From contig NC_068989.1 in the NCBI RefSeq assembly GCF_001194135.2, forward strand, positions 5,636,387-5,700,386: a DNA stretch of 64,000 bases. Direction: 5' to 3'. Positions 37,546 to 51,529 of this stretch are shown in pieces. Below the pieces are notes generated by a model. It had not been told where the DNA came from. It made no database searches and was given only the letters and a program-made list of their open reading frames with translations. A program made the translations under genes and the position numbers. Within the stretch, counting starts at the first letter, position 1. Each line of letters opens with the position of its first letter. This stretch comes from Octopus bimaculoides. Its lineage: Eukaryota.

Positions 37546-37699
37546 ATATATATAATTGAAAAAAATTGGAGTCAACAAGGAGTACAGTTGGTTATTTATT
37601 TTTTAATCACTACAATTGTTTCTATGCAATGTAGTTCTCCAGATGTGCAGGTACTTGATTATACAACCAGAACTTATGGAGACAATATTTACACATTGC

Positions 37700-38650
37700 C
37701 TCAGGAAACACAACTAGATCTCATAAGGCAGGGAAGGGGTTACGACAATGTCCTCAGGGAGACTCTGGGCACTGATGAGAACCAACTGGTTAGTCTGTTC
37801 CGGAGGACTATCCAGTCGGGAACTATCATGGATGATCTCCAAATGTCCTTAGCTTGGCAGTGCTACTTGGGGTGGGGGCACTACCAGTTCGAGATAAACC
37901 CTACAGGTATGGATGTGCTGTCAGAGGGACTTTTTCGAGGTATGTGCAGAGTGATGAAACCGTTTTGCACACCCTCATTTAGTGTCCGGGCATGGCTGAC
38001 TTGTGGGATTATGTTGAACAGCTGCTGTCACATGTGGGACGGAACCGTCTGTATGCCAAATCTGTAGTGAAGATTGCACCACCGCCCTCCTTCAATGGGG
38101 CAGGCAAGGCAGTTTTCCTTTGCCAGGTGGCTTTGGTGGACAAGGCTGAAGAGCATGAGGACCGATAAATTCCTCTTTGGTAGAGCTCTCATTATCTTCT
38201 TTAAGTTTCACTTAAAAAGGAAATTGAGAATGGAGAGGGAAGTGCTGTCCTTGAGTGAGTTTATTGAAAGGTGGGTGAACCTTGTGAAAATGGTAAGAGT
38301 GGATGGTACCTCTCTGAATGTAGACCTGCGAGTCGGAGAGAAGGAATTGGAGAGGGCACTTGCTTCAAGAGTTTCAGTGAAATCTTGAACAGTGGGGTTC
38401 CTCGATTATCCCTAGAGGCCTTTCTGTATCAGGAGGGCCACATCTCTATCATCCTCCCTGCCACTTTTTTTTTTTTTTTACCTTTGTATGCTATGCATAT
38501 GTTCCTTCTTTTTCAGTGTATACCATGTATACTTTTTTTGTTTTTATCATTTCATTATTATATGTAAACCCCAACACTTTGTCTATCTCTATATTGCTCC
38601 CATTCTTTGCCCTTGTGGCAAATAAATGAAATCATTATTATTATTATAAT
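37700..38650 (+). mobile_element. L1/Tx1-clade LINE 3' portion
   Basis: SLAWQCY...ALPVRDK...QSDETVLHTLI*CPGMADLWDYVE (zf-RVT-like), WWTRLK...FFKFHLKRKLRMEREVLS, then 3' UTR and (ATT)n tail. Confidence 0.85.
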
Positions 38651-39356
38651 AATTATTTTTTCTTCAAAAAACTTTCAGACCTCTATCATATCACCATTTT
38701 ATTTTTAACTTGCGTATGTTGGCCACTGCCAATATAGCCATTTACATATTTAAATATTTAACGATATAATTTATTATAACCATATCGTTTACATTCTTAC
38801 AATCCACACTTTCCACATCTGTTACCATTTATTGATTCCAGTTCCAGTTTCACTCTAAGTTTTTGATTTCCTGTTTCGTTCATTTCTTCATTAAGACATA
38901 AATAATCATTAGAAACTTTCTCTACAGCTTATAAATAACCATCTAATGACATTATAGTTTTAAATTTGAACATATTTGTCAAGTCCAGTACAGGCTACTT
39001 AAATATTTAGTGATATCATTTATTATAACCAGAGAACTTCGTGAAGAACATTCCATAATTCTCAACATCTTTCATTAGGATTTATTGGTTGACTAATCCA
39101 CTTTCCATATTTTAGTAGAGTAAACAAGAAAGTTATGTCAATTTCAATTTAGATGCAGCAAATGGTGAAGCACACAATGTTTATGTCTGAAACTAGAAAT
39201 ATCAAAATTTGCCATGAGATGTTGGATGTGGCTGTGTAGTAAGAAGCTTGCTTTGCAGCCACATTTTAACCTTATGAATGGATTTGGTAGATGGAAACTT
39301 CAAGAAGCCTCTTGCATAAGTGTGTGCACATGTATAGTATGTATATTGCATGTGTG

Positions 39357-39389
<33 letters not shown>

Positions 39390-39479
39390 ATCTATATATA
39401 AATGGAACAAAAACACAATAGAGGACAATAAAACTTTCGGACAGATGGACGATACAAAGGCGGACAAGAGAAACATTTT

Positions 39480-40300
39480 TGATCTGAGTAGGGATGCCCA
39501 TTTCTCTGCCAATATCAGTGACTTAACAGGAACATGTCTGCTAACCAAGTTGATGAAGTTCTCGATAACAGAAGATGCATTTACCGAATTGACAGTGTCC
39601 TAGTTATGAACATCCTAACCTCCAGAAAGAATACAGACAGAATGAAGAAAAACCTGTACTTGTCTTTTACAAACCAGACATATATAATGGTTACTAGCAA
39701 CAATATGGCATTTACTAATTTCTTAGATGTTACTTTAAATTTATGCCAGTCAATGCTGTCTATAAAAAAAAAACTGAAAAGAACAACCAATTACATTCCA
39801 CACACACTAGAAGTATTGGCAGCAACATACTTCACAACATGTTCCTCATTCTCTAATATCTCAGCCGAGAGAAAAAAGAAATTACTAACTCAGCTATATA
39901 TTACAATGAAGTTCTGATGAAAACTAGATTCAATGAAAAATAAATATATGAAAGAAACCATTAAACCTACTGTCAACAATAAGATAAGATAAAGCATCAC
40001 TTAGTATAATTTATTTTTTTAATATGACTAGCAAAATGGCATTAGCAAATAATTTCTTGAAATTAACGAGAAAACATTTTCCTCATCACCATAAATATCA
40101 CAAAATATTCAACAAAAATGTTACCAAACTTTTCTACTCTACCACAGTCAACACTACTAACACACTTGCTTCTTCTAATTTGCTTAAACTTGATAAATGC
40201 CTTACAAAGCAAATCAATAACGAGGGCAAATGTATTAAGAACAACAACATTTGTCCATTAGAGTCTGTCTGTCTGTCTTGTTATGAATATAATTTATCAA
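39480..40300 (+). mobile_element. Penelope-like element RT/thumb fragment
   Basis: YRIDSVLV...DRMKK...NFLDVTLNL and FLKLTRKHFPHHHKYHKIFNKNVTKLFYS match PLE motifs YRDD, NFLDVTLNL and KHFP..H.YHKIFN.N..KLSYS. Confidence 0.85.
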
Positions 40301-40479
40301 TATATGATAAAAACAAATAACGCATCAAACACACACACACACACACACATATTTACACATATAAATGTGCATGTAGGTGTGTGAACTTTGAATGGATTTG
40401 GTGTAAGTCATATATATATATATATATGGGGGTGGGGGGCTTACATCAGATCTTTTCAAACTTCACTATATTCAGAGAG

Positions 40480-40960
40480 AGTAAGAGTGTGAGTAGAGAA
40501 GAAAAAAGTGAGGAAGAAGTAGAGAAAGATGTATAGTAAGGCCAAATGTGTCATGTGGTTAGTTGAAGGGAGAGCGAGAGAAAAAGATGGTAAGAGAAAA
40601 GAGGGAGAGAGAAAGAGGGTAGGAGAAGTCATAATGCCATGCTGTATGGTGGGGAGGGAAAGGTAAAGAGAAAGAGATATGTTTAGGAGAGGGTGATATG
40701 TTCTGGGGGTGAGGTTAAAGGAAGGCAGATAGAGAGAGAGATGAACAGGGGAGGCAGTTACATTAAGAGAGAAATAGGCAGGGAGCATTTGTATTGTCAG
40801 AGATGAGGAGGGGGAGGAGAGAGAGACAAGAAGAGGAGGGAATGTGAGAGTGAGTGAGCGAGTAGATAGCCAGTTGATGCATTATGCTGTCACTCATGTG
40901 GTTAGTGGACACGAGAGGTGAAGAGAAAGAGAGAAATGATAAAGACATGGAGAGGGGGGA
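40480..40960. repeat. Purine-rich (GA) low-complexity tract
   Basis: Direct reading. Confidence 0.85.
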
Positions 40961-41067
40961 TTACATGATTAAGAAGTTTGCTGAAGAGAGAAATATAAAG
41001 TGTTTAGCTGAAAGAAATTTTAAAATCATATAATTACATTATTGTGACTGGAAGTGAAACAACCTAC

Positions 41068-41455
41068 AGGAGTGGCTGTGTGGTAAGTAGCTTGCTTACC
41101 AACCACATGGTTCCGGGTTCAGTCCCACTGCATGGCACCTTGGGCAAGTGTCTTCTACTATAGTCTTGGGCTGACCAAAGCCTTGTGAGTGGATTTGGTA
41201 GACGGAAACTGAAAGAAGCCCGTCATATATATATGTGTATATATATATATGTATGCGTGTTTGTCCCCCCAACATCGCTTGGCAACTGATACTGGTGTGT
41301 TTATGTCCCCGTAACTTAGCGGTTCGGCAAAAGGAGAACGATAGAATAAGTACTAGGCTTCCAAAGAATAAGTCCTGGGGTCGATTTGCTCGACTAAAGG
41401 CAGTGCTCCAGCATGGCCGCAGTCAAATGACTGAAACAAGTAAAAGGGTAAAAGA
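41068..41455 (+). mobile_element. SINE family A, full length
   Basis: ggagtggctgtgtggtaagtagc head through gtcaaatgactgaaacaagtaaaag tail. Confidence 0.9.
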
Positions 41456-42229
41456 GCCTTTCTTTCTTAAATAGCTTCTCTTAGGTTTCATCTAGGTTGT
41501 CCCATAGGATGACCCTTTCATAGGGGTTTTGGTTGCGCATACTATAGGAGCTACAGGGCGCTGCCCCATGTGGTCCTGCAGTTTCCATCTAATTAGGAAT
41601 ATTAGGGTCTCATCCATTGTCTTGTATTTAAGATCCTCTTCATAACATCCTGCTAGTTCAAAGCCAGGGATCTCATCAGTTAGGTCCTGCCGATAACTAA
41701 ATCCACGCCCTGCTGCCGATGCTTTGATTGTCATCATCATTGTCATCATCATTGTAATCATCATAATGTCCATTTTTCCATGCTCGTATGATCCAAATGG
41801 TATTTGCTGGTGACTTGATATACAGCTGGATGCCCTTCCTGCCACCAACCATCACCTATTTTTTTAATCTTTTATCTGTTTCAGTTATTAGAGTGTGGCC
41901 ATGCTGGGGCACTGCCTGGAAAAATTTCTAGTTGAATAAATCTACCCCAGTACAAAAACCTGGGCTAGATTTAAAAAACTGAGAGTACCACAATGTAAGG
42001 TGATGTACTCACTAACCAAAACATGGCAGTAGTATTTACTTATTGAAATGATTACACAAGAATACAACTAGTGGAGATTTATCACCAAATTACAAGGATA
42101 ATCTCAATTAATCAATATTTTACCTATGTCAGAGACTTATTCTACGTGCACAGAACTGTCTGTGTCATTTTTTTTGAGATTAGTAAAAGTAAATAAATGG
42201 AAAAAAAGTGAATAATTGCAATTTGTCAG

Positions 42230-42540
42230 TCATTGGGGTATTGTGTGAACGTCTGTGGCGGCAGAGTATGGTAATTAAAGAGACATGAATGTCTTTTAGT
42301 GAAAATGAGATTCATTGGTGCAGAAAGATTCCTGGTTTTGTTGTTTTTGGAGATCAGGGTGGCAGTGTTAGTAGGTGAAGAATTTCTGGTGAGAAATGGG
42401 TGAATGCGTGGAGACAGTGATTATGTGGAGTTGAAGAATTTGATGGTTTTGTTTTTTCACTTTTTTTGTACAAACGATTTAGTTTATGGGATGAGGTGGT
42501 GGAGGGGGAGTGAGTTGCATAGCAAGGACTTGCAATCATT
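42230..42540 (-). mobile_element. Possible CR1/Jockey-type LINE 3' end
   Basis: Reverse complement gives ...PFLTRNSS...KTRN...SCLFNYHTLPPQTF.QYPN, reminiscent of TR...RT...SF..RT..LWN.LP. Confidence 0.4.
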
Positions 42541-42719
42541 TTTGTTTATTTATTTTTTTATTTGTATTCAAGGTAGAGAGAGGGAAGGGGAGACAGTGGG
42601 AGGGAGAGGTGGAGAGGAGAGATGGAGGAGAGAGGGGTGGCTGAGAGAGAGAGGTGGACGAGAGAGAAAGGGGACAAAGAAGAAAATGTGTGCTCCTATG
42701 TATAGGGTGAGTGGAAAAC

Positions 42720-42902
42720 AGACGTGTGTGCATATGTGTGTGTGTGTGTTTGGGGGTGTGTGATTGAGAAGCTTGCTTTGCAACCACATGGTTTTGGGTT
42801 CAGTCCCACTGCATGGCAAGTATCTTCTATTTTAGCCCCAGGTTCACTAATGTCTTGTGAATGAATTTGGTCAATGGATATTGTGTGGAAGCCCATCTCT
42901 CT

Positions 42903-42933
<31 letters not shown>

Positions 42934-43200
42934 TGTGTGTGTATCTGTCTATCTATCACTTTATATATGTTGTGTGTGTGTGTGCATATGTGTGTATGCC
43001 TGTGTTTATCCCCCGCCAACTATTTTGACAACCAGTGTTGGTTCGTTTATGTTCCTGCAACTTAGCCGTTCAATAAAGGAGAATGAAAGAAAAAGTACCA
43101 GACTTAAAAATAAGCACTGGGGGGGGGGCAATCTGATTAACTGAAACCATCAAGGTGGTGCCCCAGCATGGCCGTAGCCCAATGAATGAAACAAGTAAAA
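42720..43200 (+). mobile_element. SINE family A, diverged
   Basis: Head, internal microsatellite and tail recognisable. Confidence 0.8.
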
Positions 43201-44109
43201 GATGAAAGGCACTGTGTGGTTTTAAGGACGACAGTTGTCCAACCTTTTCCCTGATGTCAGCTGTCAGACAATACAACAGACCACCATCACCAATTCTTTC
43301 TCTTAACACCTATTACCATTCTGACAAATTGCCGGTCACTAAAAGCCGGGTACTCGAGGCCTTAAAATACTCATTCGTAAAATTAACCTTTACCCAAACC
43401 CGTACATTTCCAGCTGATTGACACGAGCAAAGATGCTACGCTGAAACAATGGCTTCTTTTCAGATCAGACAACAAGAAGCTTGTGAAGTAATTCACCAAA
43501 GAAGGACAACAGACGAAACATTTTCAGACGTCAGTTCAAAGACATTACAATTATGTTGTTACGTCACCCTCTCTGACAGTTTCATTAGTAAAGTGATGCT
43601 ATTTAGTTTTTGTTTTTCATTGTTTTGCTGTTAATTTATATTTCATCACCGTCATATATGTTTTGCATCATTTGACATTATCGTCAACTTGTTTACATTT
43701 GTTATATTATGTAAACAAAGATTCTGAAGAAATGGCATTATCACTGGCTTAGCGGAAGATACATTCACTCCACGTACAAACATTTCTGTTCTGTAATTCA
43801 TAACCTCGTGTATTCTGTTATATTGTGTGAAATTATGTATGCCAACACAATATATTTTCGTTTTGGAGTTAAAACATGTTCTTAAATTTTTAACACTATT
43901 TGAAATGATTTGGTTCTTGTCTTCAGATTTATTCAAACAGAAATCCCCTCTATTAAATATTATTAGTTTTTGCAATCCATGGAGACTCATTTAGAATAAC
44001 TCATAGAATTCTATTCCATTCTGCTGTAATTATTACCATGAATAAATCATGTATTTCAACTACACTTATCTTGTGGAGTTTAATATCTACATCTTTAAAA
44101 TAGAGCTAA

Positions 44110-45110
44110 GGGATGGAAGAGTCAGACCTCATGAGGTAACCTTCATTCATAACATTTCCTATTGCTCCCCCCTCCTGCCCATCATCATCATCATTTAACA
44201 TCCATTTTCCATGCTGGCATGGGTCGGACAGTTTCACAGGAGCTAGAAAACTGCAGAGCTGCACCAGGCTCCAATTGTCTGTTTTGGCATTGTTTCTATG
44301 GTTGGATGACCTTCCTAATGCCAACCACTTTACAGAGTGTACTGGGTGCTTTATATGTGGCACCAGCACCATCCATTAAAATTCTATAGAGACAGACACA
44401 CACACACACATATATATATGATAGGCTTCTTTCAGTTTCTGTTTAATGCAGTTCTCAGGGAGATTCAGCGTGACACCAAGTGTGACAAGGCTGGCCCTTT
44501 GAAATACAGGTACTACTCATTTCTGCCAGAAGAGTGGACTGGAGCAGCGTGAAATAAAGAGTCTTGCTCAAGGACACAGTACATCGCTGGGTATTGAACA
44601 CACGACCTTACAATCGTGATCCGAATGCCCTAACCACTAAGCCATGTGCCTTCACTATATATATATATATATGTATAAATTTATGTGTGTGTGTGTGTGT
44701 GCATCTGTGTGTGTGCATCTGTGTGTGTGCATCTGTGTTTGTGCCCCCACCATTGCTTGACAACTGATGGTGGTGTTTTTACATCCCCATAACTTAGCAG
44801 TTCAGTAAAAGTGATTGATAGAATAAGTACTAGGCTTACAAAGAATAAGACCAGGGTCGATTTCTTTGACTATAACTCTTCAAAGCGGTGCTCCAGCATG
44901 GCCACAGTCAAATGACTGAAATATGTATAAGAATAAAAGAATACACACAAACATGGCAAGCTTCTGCACAGTTTCCGTTTATCAAATCCACTCACAAGGC
45001 ACTGGTTGGTCTGGGGCAATAGCAGAAGACATTTGCGCAAGGTGCTGCACAGTGGGAGTGAACCTGAAACTATGTGGTTGCCAAGCAAGCTTCTTAACCA
45101 AACAGCCATG
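44110..45110. mobile_element. Nest of an RTE 3'-UTR repeat, SINE C (44450-44655, minus) and SINE A halves
   Basis: Similarity to other in-window copies. Confidence 0.75.
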
Positions 45111-45727
45111 CCTGATGAAGAACAACATAAATACTGGATCTGAGTAAAGCAAAATTGAAGAAAACGAAGCCTTCTGCATTGGTGTAGGGCAACAGTAAGA
45201 ATATCTGCTGCCAAGAAAAAGTTCTTGTCAAGAACCATTTTAGAATTTAATGAAACACAACCGAAGCAAGACAGCAATAGAGATAAAAAAAAAAGAAAAT
45301 ATTTTAAAAATATATGATAAAAGATGCAAAAAACAAGGGTAAATGAAATCCCAGGGGAAAAGAGAGGGAAAGAGTTTGTGAAAGAAAAAAGAAAAACAGA
45401 AAAAAAAAGAAAACGAGAGATGTAAAATGTGAAAGAGTGATAAAAAGTAAGAAGTGGGGGGATGGATTTTTAAGGGGTGGGTATGGGTCTCTGATACAAG
45501 ATGTTGTTGATAAACAGAACAGCAGTTTGAATAAAATATATATATAGATCTATATATGTAGATATATATATATACATAGAGGGGGAGGAGAGGTGGAGTA
45601 GAAAACATGTATTAAAATCAGATATTAGATACAGAATGAGGGCTAGTGTGGTAGGCAAGGGGTAAAACATTATCACCATCATCATCATCATCAAATAAAA
45701 GAACAAAACTATATATATACATATATA

Positions 45728-46085
45728 GGCGTAGGAGTGGCTGTGTGGTAAGTAGCTTGCTTACCAACCACATGGTTCCGGGTTCAGTCCCACAGCCTCG
45801 GGCCGACCAAAGCCTTGTGAGTGGATTTGGTAGACGGAAACTGAAAGAAGCCTGTCGTATATATGTATATGTGTGTGTATGTTTGTGTGTCTGTGTTTGT
45901 CCCCCCAACATCGCTTGACAACCGATGCTGGTGTGTTTACGTCCCCGTAACTTAGCGGTTCGGCAAAAAGAACCGATAGAATAAGTACTAGGCTTACAAA
46001 GAATAAGTCCTGGGGTCGATTTGCTCGACTAAAGGCGGTGCTCCAGCATGGCTGCAGTCAAATGACTGAAACAAGTAAAAGAGTA
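45728..46085 (+). mobile_element. SINE family A, young copy with a ~33-nt head deletion
   Basis: CpGs retained. gtcccac joins directly to agcctcggg, lacking the tggcaccttgggcaagtgtcttctactat segment present at 41130-41160. Confidence 0.9.
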
Positions 46086-46229
46086 AATATATATATAAAT
46101 ACACACACACACACACACACACACATGCATGAATACACGCACGTGTACACCTGTTTCTGTCCCTCTGTCACACACTGACCTCTCATCACCTGGTACAAGG
46201 CCATCTCCTCCAATAGCCCCCACCCCACC

Positions 46230-46660
46230 TTCAAAGAATCTTTGTCTTGTGAGTTACTTGGTGATTCCACCTTGTGCTGGTGCCACAGAAAAAAAAAAAG
46301 CACCAAGTCCACACTGTAAAGTGGTTGGCATTTGGAAGGGCATCCAGCTGTAAAAAATCCATGCCAAAGCAGACCTCACAGGTGCTGGTTCCAGTTAAAA
46401 AGTCCACGGTGGCTGGTGTTAGGAAGGGCATCCAGCTGTAAAAAACCATGCCAAAGCAGACCTCCCTGGTGGTGGCGCCAAGTAAAAAGTCCACTTACTT
46501 CACTCTGTGAGGTGGTTGGTGCTAGGAAGGGCATCCATCTGTAAAAACCATGCCAAAACCGACAAGCCTGGTGCAGTTCTTCTGCCCAGCCAGCTCCAGT
46601 CAAACCATCCAATTTATCTCAATATGGAAAATAGGCGTTAAATGATAATGATGATGTCGA
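46230..46660 (+). mobile_element. RTE 3'-UTR repeat with a triplicated ~90-105-bp unit
   Basis: ggaagggcatcca.ctgtaaaaa.ccatgccaaa recurs at ~46333, 46422 and 46525. Confidence 0.8.
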
Positions 46661-46785
46661 CGACGACGATGACGAATAGAATACTATGATGATATACACA
46701 CACCTATGTATATCAGTTTTAGTCTCTCACACCTTGTCAGCAAATATAGAAAACTTGCTGACCATACCCCACCCCTGGTGCCACC

Positions 46786-46816
<31 letters not shown>

Positions 46817-47329
46817 ACCTCAACAATAGTATCACTGTCACTAGCAACACAAACAGTAGTTTAACTAACATCACGATTTTTCTACATCCACCACCACCTC
46901 TTCCTCCTCCTCCATCATCATCATCATCATCACTACCAGTATCATAATTTTCAACACTTTTGCACTAACACCTGAGCCACACCATTACCACGGCGACGAC
47001 GATCATCATCATCATCATCATCACTATACAACCGTTAACACCAGTCACCTCCAGTATCATCATCGATTGCCACAATGACAGGCGGAAGGAGTACATGAAG
47101 CTGGGTGGAGAGAGGGTGAGGTGGAGGTTGTTTGTGGTCTGGATGTGGTGCAAATGGGTCTGAGATAAAGTAGAAGCGGTGCTGCGATAGTTCGATATTT
47201 GGTGTGGAAAATGGCATGCGTGTCCGTTAATGAGAAGAAAGACTCAATAAACAATTGTTTGAAGATTTTGAATTAAAAGACGTCGATGGAGTAAGATACG
47301 AAAAGGGGTCGGAGATAATGATAAGGGGA

Positions 47330-47438
47330 AAGTTTGAGAGAAATGGAGAGAGAGAGAGAGAGAAAAGAAAGGGTGAAGGGAACAGAGAAGGGGCCTGTTT
47401 AAATGATAGATAGATAGATAGATAGATAGACAGACAGG

Positions 47439-47486
<48 letters not shown>

Positions 47487-48026
47487 CAGACAGGAAGATA
47501 GATAGTTAGATAGATAGATATGGTTAAATCGAGAATGAGAAGGAGAGAAAAAAGAGGGAAAGAACAAAAATAGAGAAGGAAAAAGAGAGATCATTGAAGA
47601 TGAGTTGAGAAAAAGTGAGAACGAAGGAAAAGGTTATTTAAGAAAGAACGAGAAAGTATCAAAAACGAAAATCAACAGTATACAAGGAACAGAGTGAGAG
47701 AGAGGGAGAGAGAGAGAGAGAGAGAGAGCAGTGAGTAAGGGGGGGGGTTAAGGGAAAGAAGGGGGGGGTTAGTTAGACAGACGATCTGTCTGTTTAATTC
47801 TTATTCCTTTTAAACAGACATACTGTCAGATTGACTCACACGCACACATGCAAACGTATATAAACACAGACGGATATATTATACAGAGAGCAACGTAAAC
47901 ATAAATAAACGGGGGAAAAGCGATAAACACACATATGCATGCATACAAACACACGTACATTCGTACATACATACGTACATCTTTTCGCGCGCGCAAACAC
48001 AGAGATATATGCAGGTACTCGAGCGA

Positions 48027-48059
<33 letters not shown>

Positions 48060-48327
48060 CGCAAACATACGCATACATTGACGGGATGTAGAAACTCTTA
48101 CATTGACATTCATTCATAGAAACATACAATGAAAGTGTATTTTACTTATATATATGCAGACACAAATTGGCGCTTGTATGCACAAGTTGGTTTCACTTTC
48201 ACCAGTCGCACGAAACTAGAGGTAAATAGATAGATAGATAGATGAATGGATGGATGGATAGATAGATAAATAGATAGAGAGATGAATGGATGGATGGATA
48301 GATAGATAGATAGATAGATAGAGAGAA

Positions 48328-48358
<31 letters not shown>

Positions 48359-48540
48359 GAGATTAGTAGAGATAGAAAGATTGATAGATAGATGGATAGC
48401 TGGATGGAATGACAGATAGATAGATAGATAGATGGAGAGAGAGAAAAAAGAGAATGAAAGAGATAAGTAGAGATAGAAAGATTGATATTTATATATATAA
48501 ACAGACAGATAGACAGAGAGAGAGAAAGAGAGAGAGAGGG
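47330..48540. repeat. (GA)n, (GATA)n and (CA)n microsatellite cluster
   Basis: Direct reading. Confidence 0.9.
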
Positions 48541-49424
48541 GAAGAGAACAGCTCATAAACTCATAATCTTCCACTAACAGCAGTGCTCTCGTGTACACAC
48601 ACACGCACGTGCACACGCGCACGCACACCCATTTTTCTGTCACTTGCAAATACTCATATATACAGATAATTAAATACACACGCACACGCCAGCGCGTCAA
48701 CCACACTCTCTTTTTTTCATATTTGCCGAGAAGTCACATACACATGTATTCCTCCTTTTTGTTCTTTCTCATTCATACATAGACACACCCCGTCTCACAT
48801 ACTCACACATCACGATATTAAAACCCCCAAAACACACATGCATATCGAAATACCGAGCTAAGTAAACACACATACACATACGCGCGCGCACACGTCTTGC
48901 TTCTCGCATTTAATATANNNNNNNNNNNNNNNNNNNNNNNNNNNNNNNNNNNNNNNNNNNNNNNNNNNNNNNNNNNNNNNNNNNNNNNNNNNNNNNNNNN
49001 NNNNNNNNNNNNNNNNNNNNNNNNNNNNNNNNNNNNNNNNNNNNNNNNNNNNNNNNNNNNNNNNNNNNNNNNNNNNNNNNNNNNNNNNNNNNNNNNNNNN
49101 NNNNNNNNNNNNNNNNNNNNNNNNNNNNNNNNNNNNNNNNNNNNNNNNNNNNNNNNNNNNNNNNNNNNNNNNNNNNNNNNNNNNNNNNNNNNNNNNNNNN
49201 NNNNNNNNNNNNNNNNNNNNNNNNNNNNNNNNNNNNNNNNNNNNNNNNNNNNNNNNNNNNNNNNNNNNNNNNNNNNNNNNNNNNNNNNNNNNNNNNNNNN
49301 NNNNNNNNNNNNNNNNNNNNNNNNNNNNNNNNNNNNNNNNNNNNNNNNNNNNNNNNNNNNNNNNNNNNNNNNNNNNNNNNNNNNNNNNNNNNNNNNNNNN
49401 NNNNNNNNNNNNNNNNNNNNNNNN

Positions 49425-49475
<51 letters not shown>

Positions 49476-49808
49476 ATATATATATAAATAAATAGACAGA
49501 AAGAAAACCCCAACACAAGCTAAATTGCGAGACACACCGATAGGTTGTTGTCGTCGTATGCATGCGAGAAAATACACGCGTGCTCTGACGCATTCGTGAA
49601 TATCTTAACACATACACACACACACACACACACACACGTACATACATAACTCTATACAAACATACGCACAAAACACCTCTCGAAGACGGTTGAGCAAAAC
49701 TAGCGGATTAAAAATTATATATATTCAAATGCATAACATATATGCATACATATATACCTGCATTTGAACACCTGAAAGGAATACAGCTGGGTGCGCGTGT
49801 ATGCATGC

Positions 49809-49840
<32 letters not shown>

Positions 49841-51529
49841 TTATGTGTGTGTGTGTGTGTGTGTATATGCATTATGCATACATAAACAGGCTAGCAGGGA
49901 GTCTCACTGATGTAAGTATCTGGTTTTATTTTAAAGTTTCAGGTTAACAATGTTGTTACGATGATGATGGATTTTCGTTGTGCNNNNNNNNNNNNNNNNN
50001 NNNNNNNNNNNNNNNNNNNNNNNNNNNNNNNNNNNNNNNNNNNNNNNNNNNNNNNNNNNNNNNNNNNNNNNNNNNNNNNNNNNNNNNNNNNNNNNNNNNN
50101 NNNNNNNNNNNNNNNNNNNNNNNNNNNNNNNNNNNNNNNNNNNNNNNNNNNNNNNNNNNNNNNNNNNNNNNNNAAAAAAAAAAAAAAAAAATTTTTTGTA
50201 ACCCAGGTGTGTCGGCCCTGTTGTGATCAAAAGCATTCTAGCAAGGACCTTTCAATTTTTATTTATTTTCTTTCATCTATTTTCCCCAGGTATCTTGAGT
50301 GTAATTACATTTATCCAGAGTAGCCTTAGATATAATTTTAAAGACGGCAGGTAGAATATGCATGATCTGAAAGGAAATACGATTGCAACACATTTCTAGA
50401 AGGTGAAAGCGATCGCGCAGAGTGAATCTGTTCGAGTCCCCAAGCACATCTATGTCGATAGAGACCATCCCGTATTACTGTAAACACAAGAAGCCTAAAA
50501 CCACATTTTCCAACGTGTTCTTTCTATTTTTAACACTGCAATGCTCGAAGAAGAATTTAAGGGTGATTTTGACTGCTACTTCTAGCACGTGGAATGACCA
50601 CGCAGAGACTTTTTCTGGGTTTGTGCAGCTAATGCTGTTGGCAGTGGGGATACTGTTTTCAAGACCCATGTCAGCCCTGAGCACCACGACCTAGGGGTAT
50701 CTAGGAGTACGTTATCTAATGTGTCCTCCCGCCTACTTTTCAAGACAGTAAGGTGTAATATAAGGGAGATTTAGCTGCTAGTTCTAGCAGGTCGGGCGGC
50801 TACGCAGAGGCACCCTCAAAAAGCCGTTATCAACAATTCTGGTTATTTACCCCCAAGTTGGTGATGATCGAGTAGACCTATAACCAAGACGTTCCAACCA
50901 TGCCATCTCTTTTATTCGATATACCCAAAGACGACATTATCCAATGTGCCCTACAATTTTTGAAGAACGAAAGTGTGATTTGAATGAAATTTGGCCGTTA
51001 TTTCTAGCATTTTGCGGGACCACGTCTCTAGTTAGCATTAGTCGTGATGTTAGCTTTGTTTCTAGTCTTCTGTCGTTCTTCCATTCACATGTTGGATGCC
51101 TCACAGGTATATTAAATTGACCAACTACATGATTGCTACTTTAATTTATCGATCCCAAAGAGATGAAAGGCAGGGTTAGTCTCAGCGGGATTTGAACTCG
51201 GAGCATAAAATGTCGTAGCGAAATGCTACCGTAAGGCCTTTGGCGACGACGCTTTAACGATGCTGCTAAATCCATCGCCTTCTATGTTGATGGTCGTGTC
51301 GTAGAGAGAATGATAGCTGCTTCGTCTAGAAATAATGGTGCTGAAGTGCTACTAGGGATTGTTTCAACCCTAACCCTCATCTCTCGGGAGTGTGTGTGTG
51401 TGTTTGTTTATGGATGGATATATATATGTGTATGTGTGTTTATGGACGGATATGTGTGTGTGTTTGTGTGATGTAGATAGATAAATCGATAAATACCTAA
51501 ATCGTTATATTGGTAGATAGAGATAAAAG

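Noticed and set aside
38826-38930. Minus-strand peptide GNQKLRVKLELE resembling C7orf25 GGAKLCSKLKAE
   Set aside because: Lacks the expected following FL, has in-frame stops on both sides, and has no phase-0 donor compatible with the 8182 exon.
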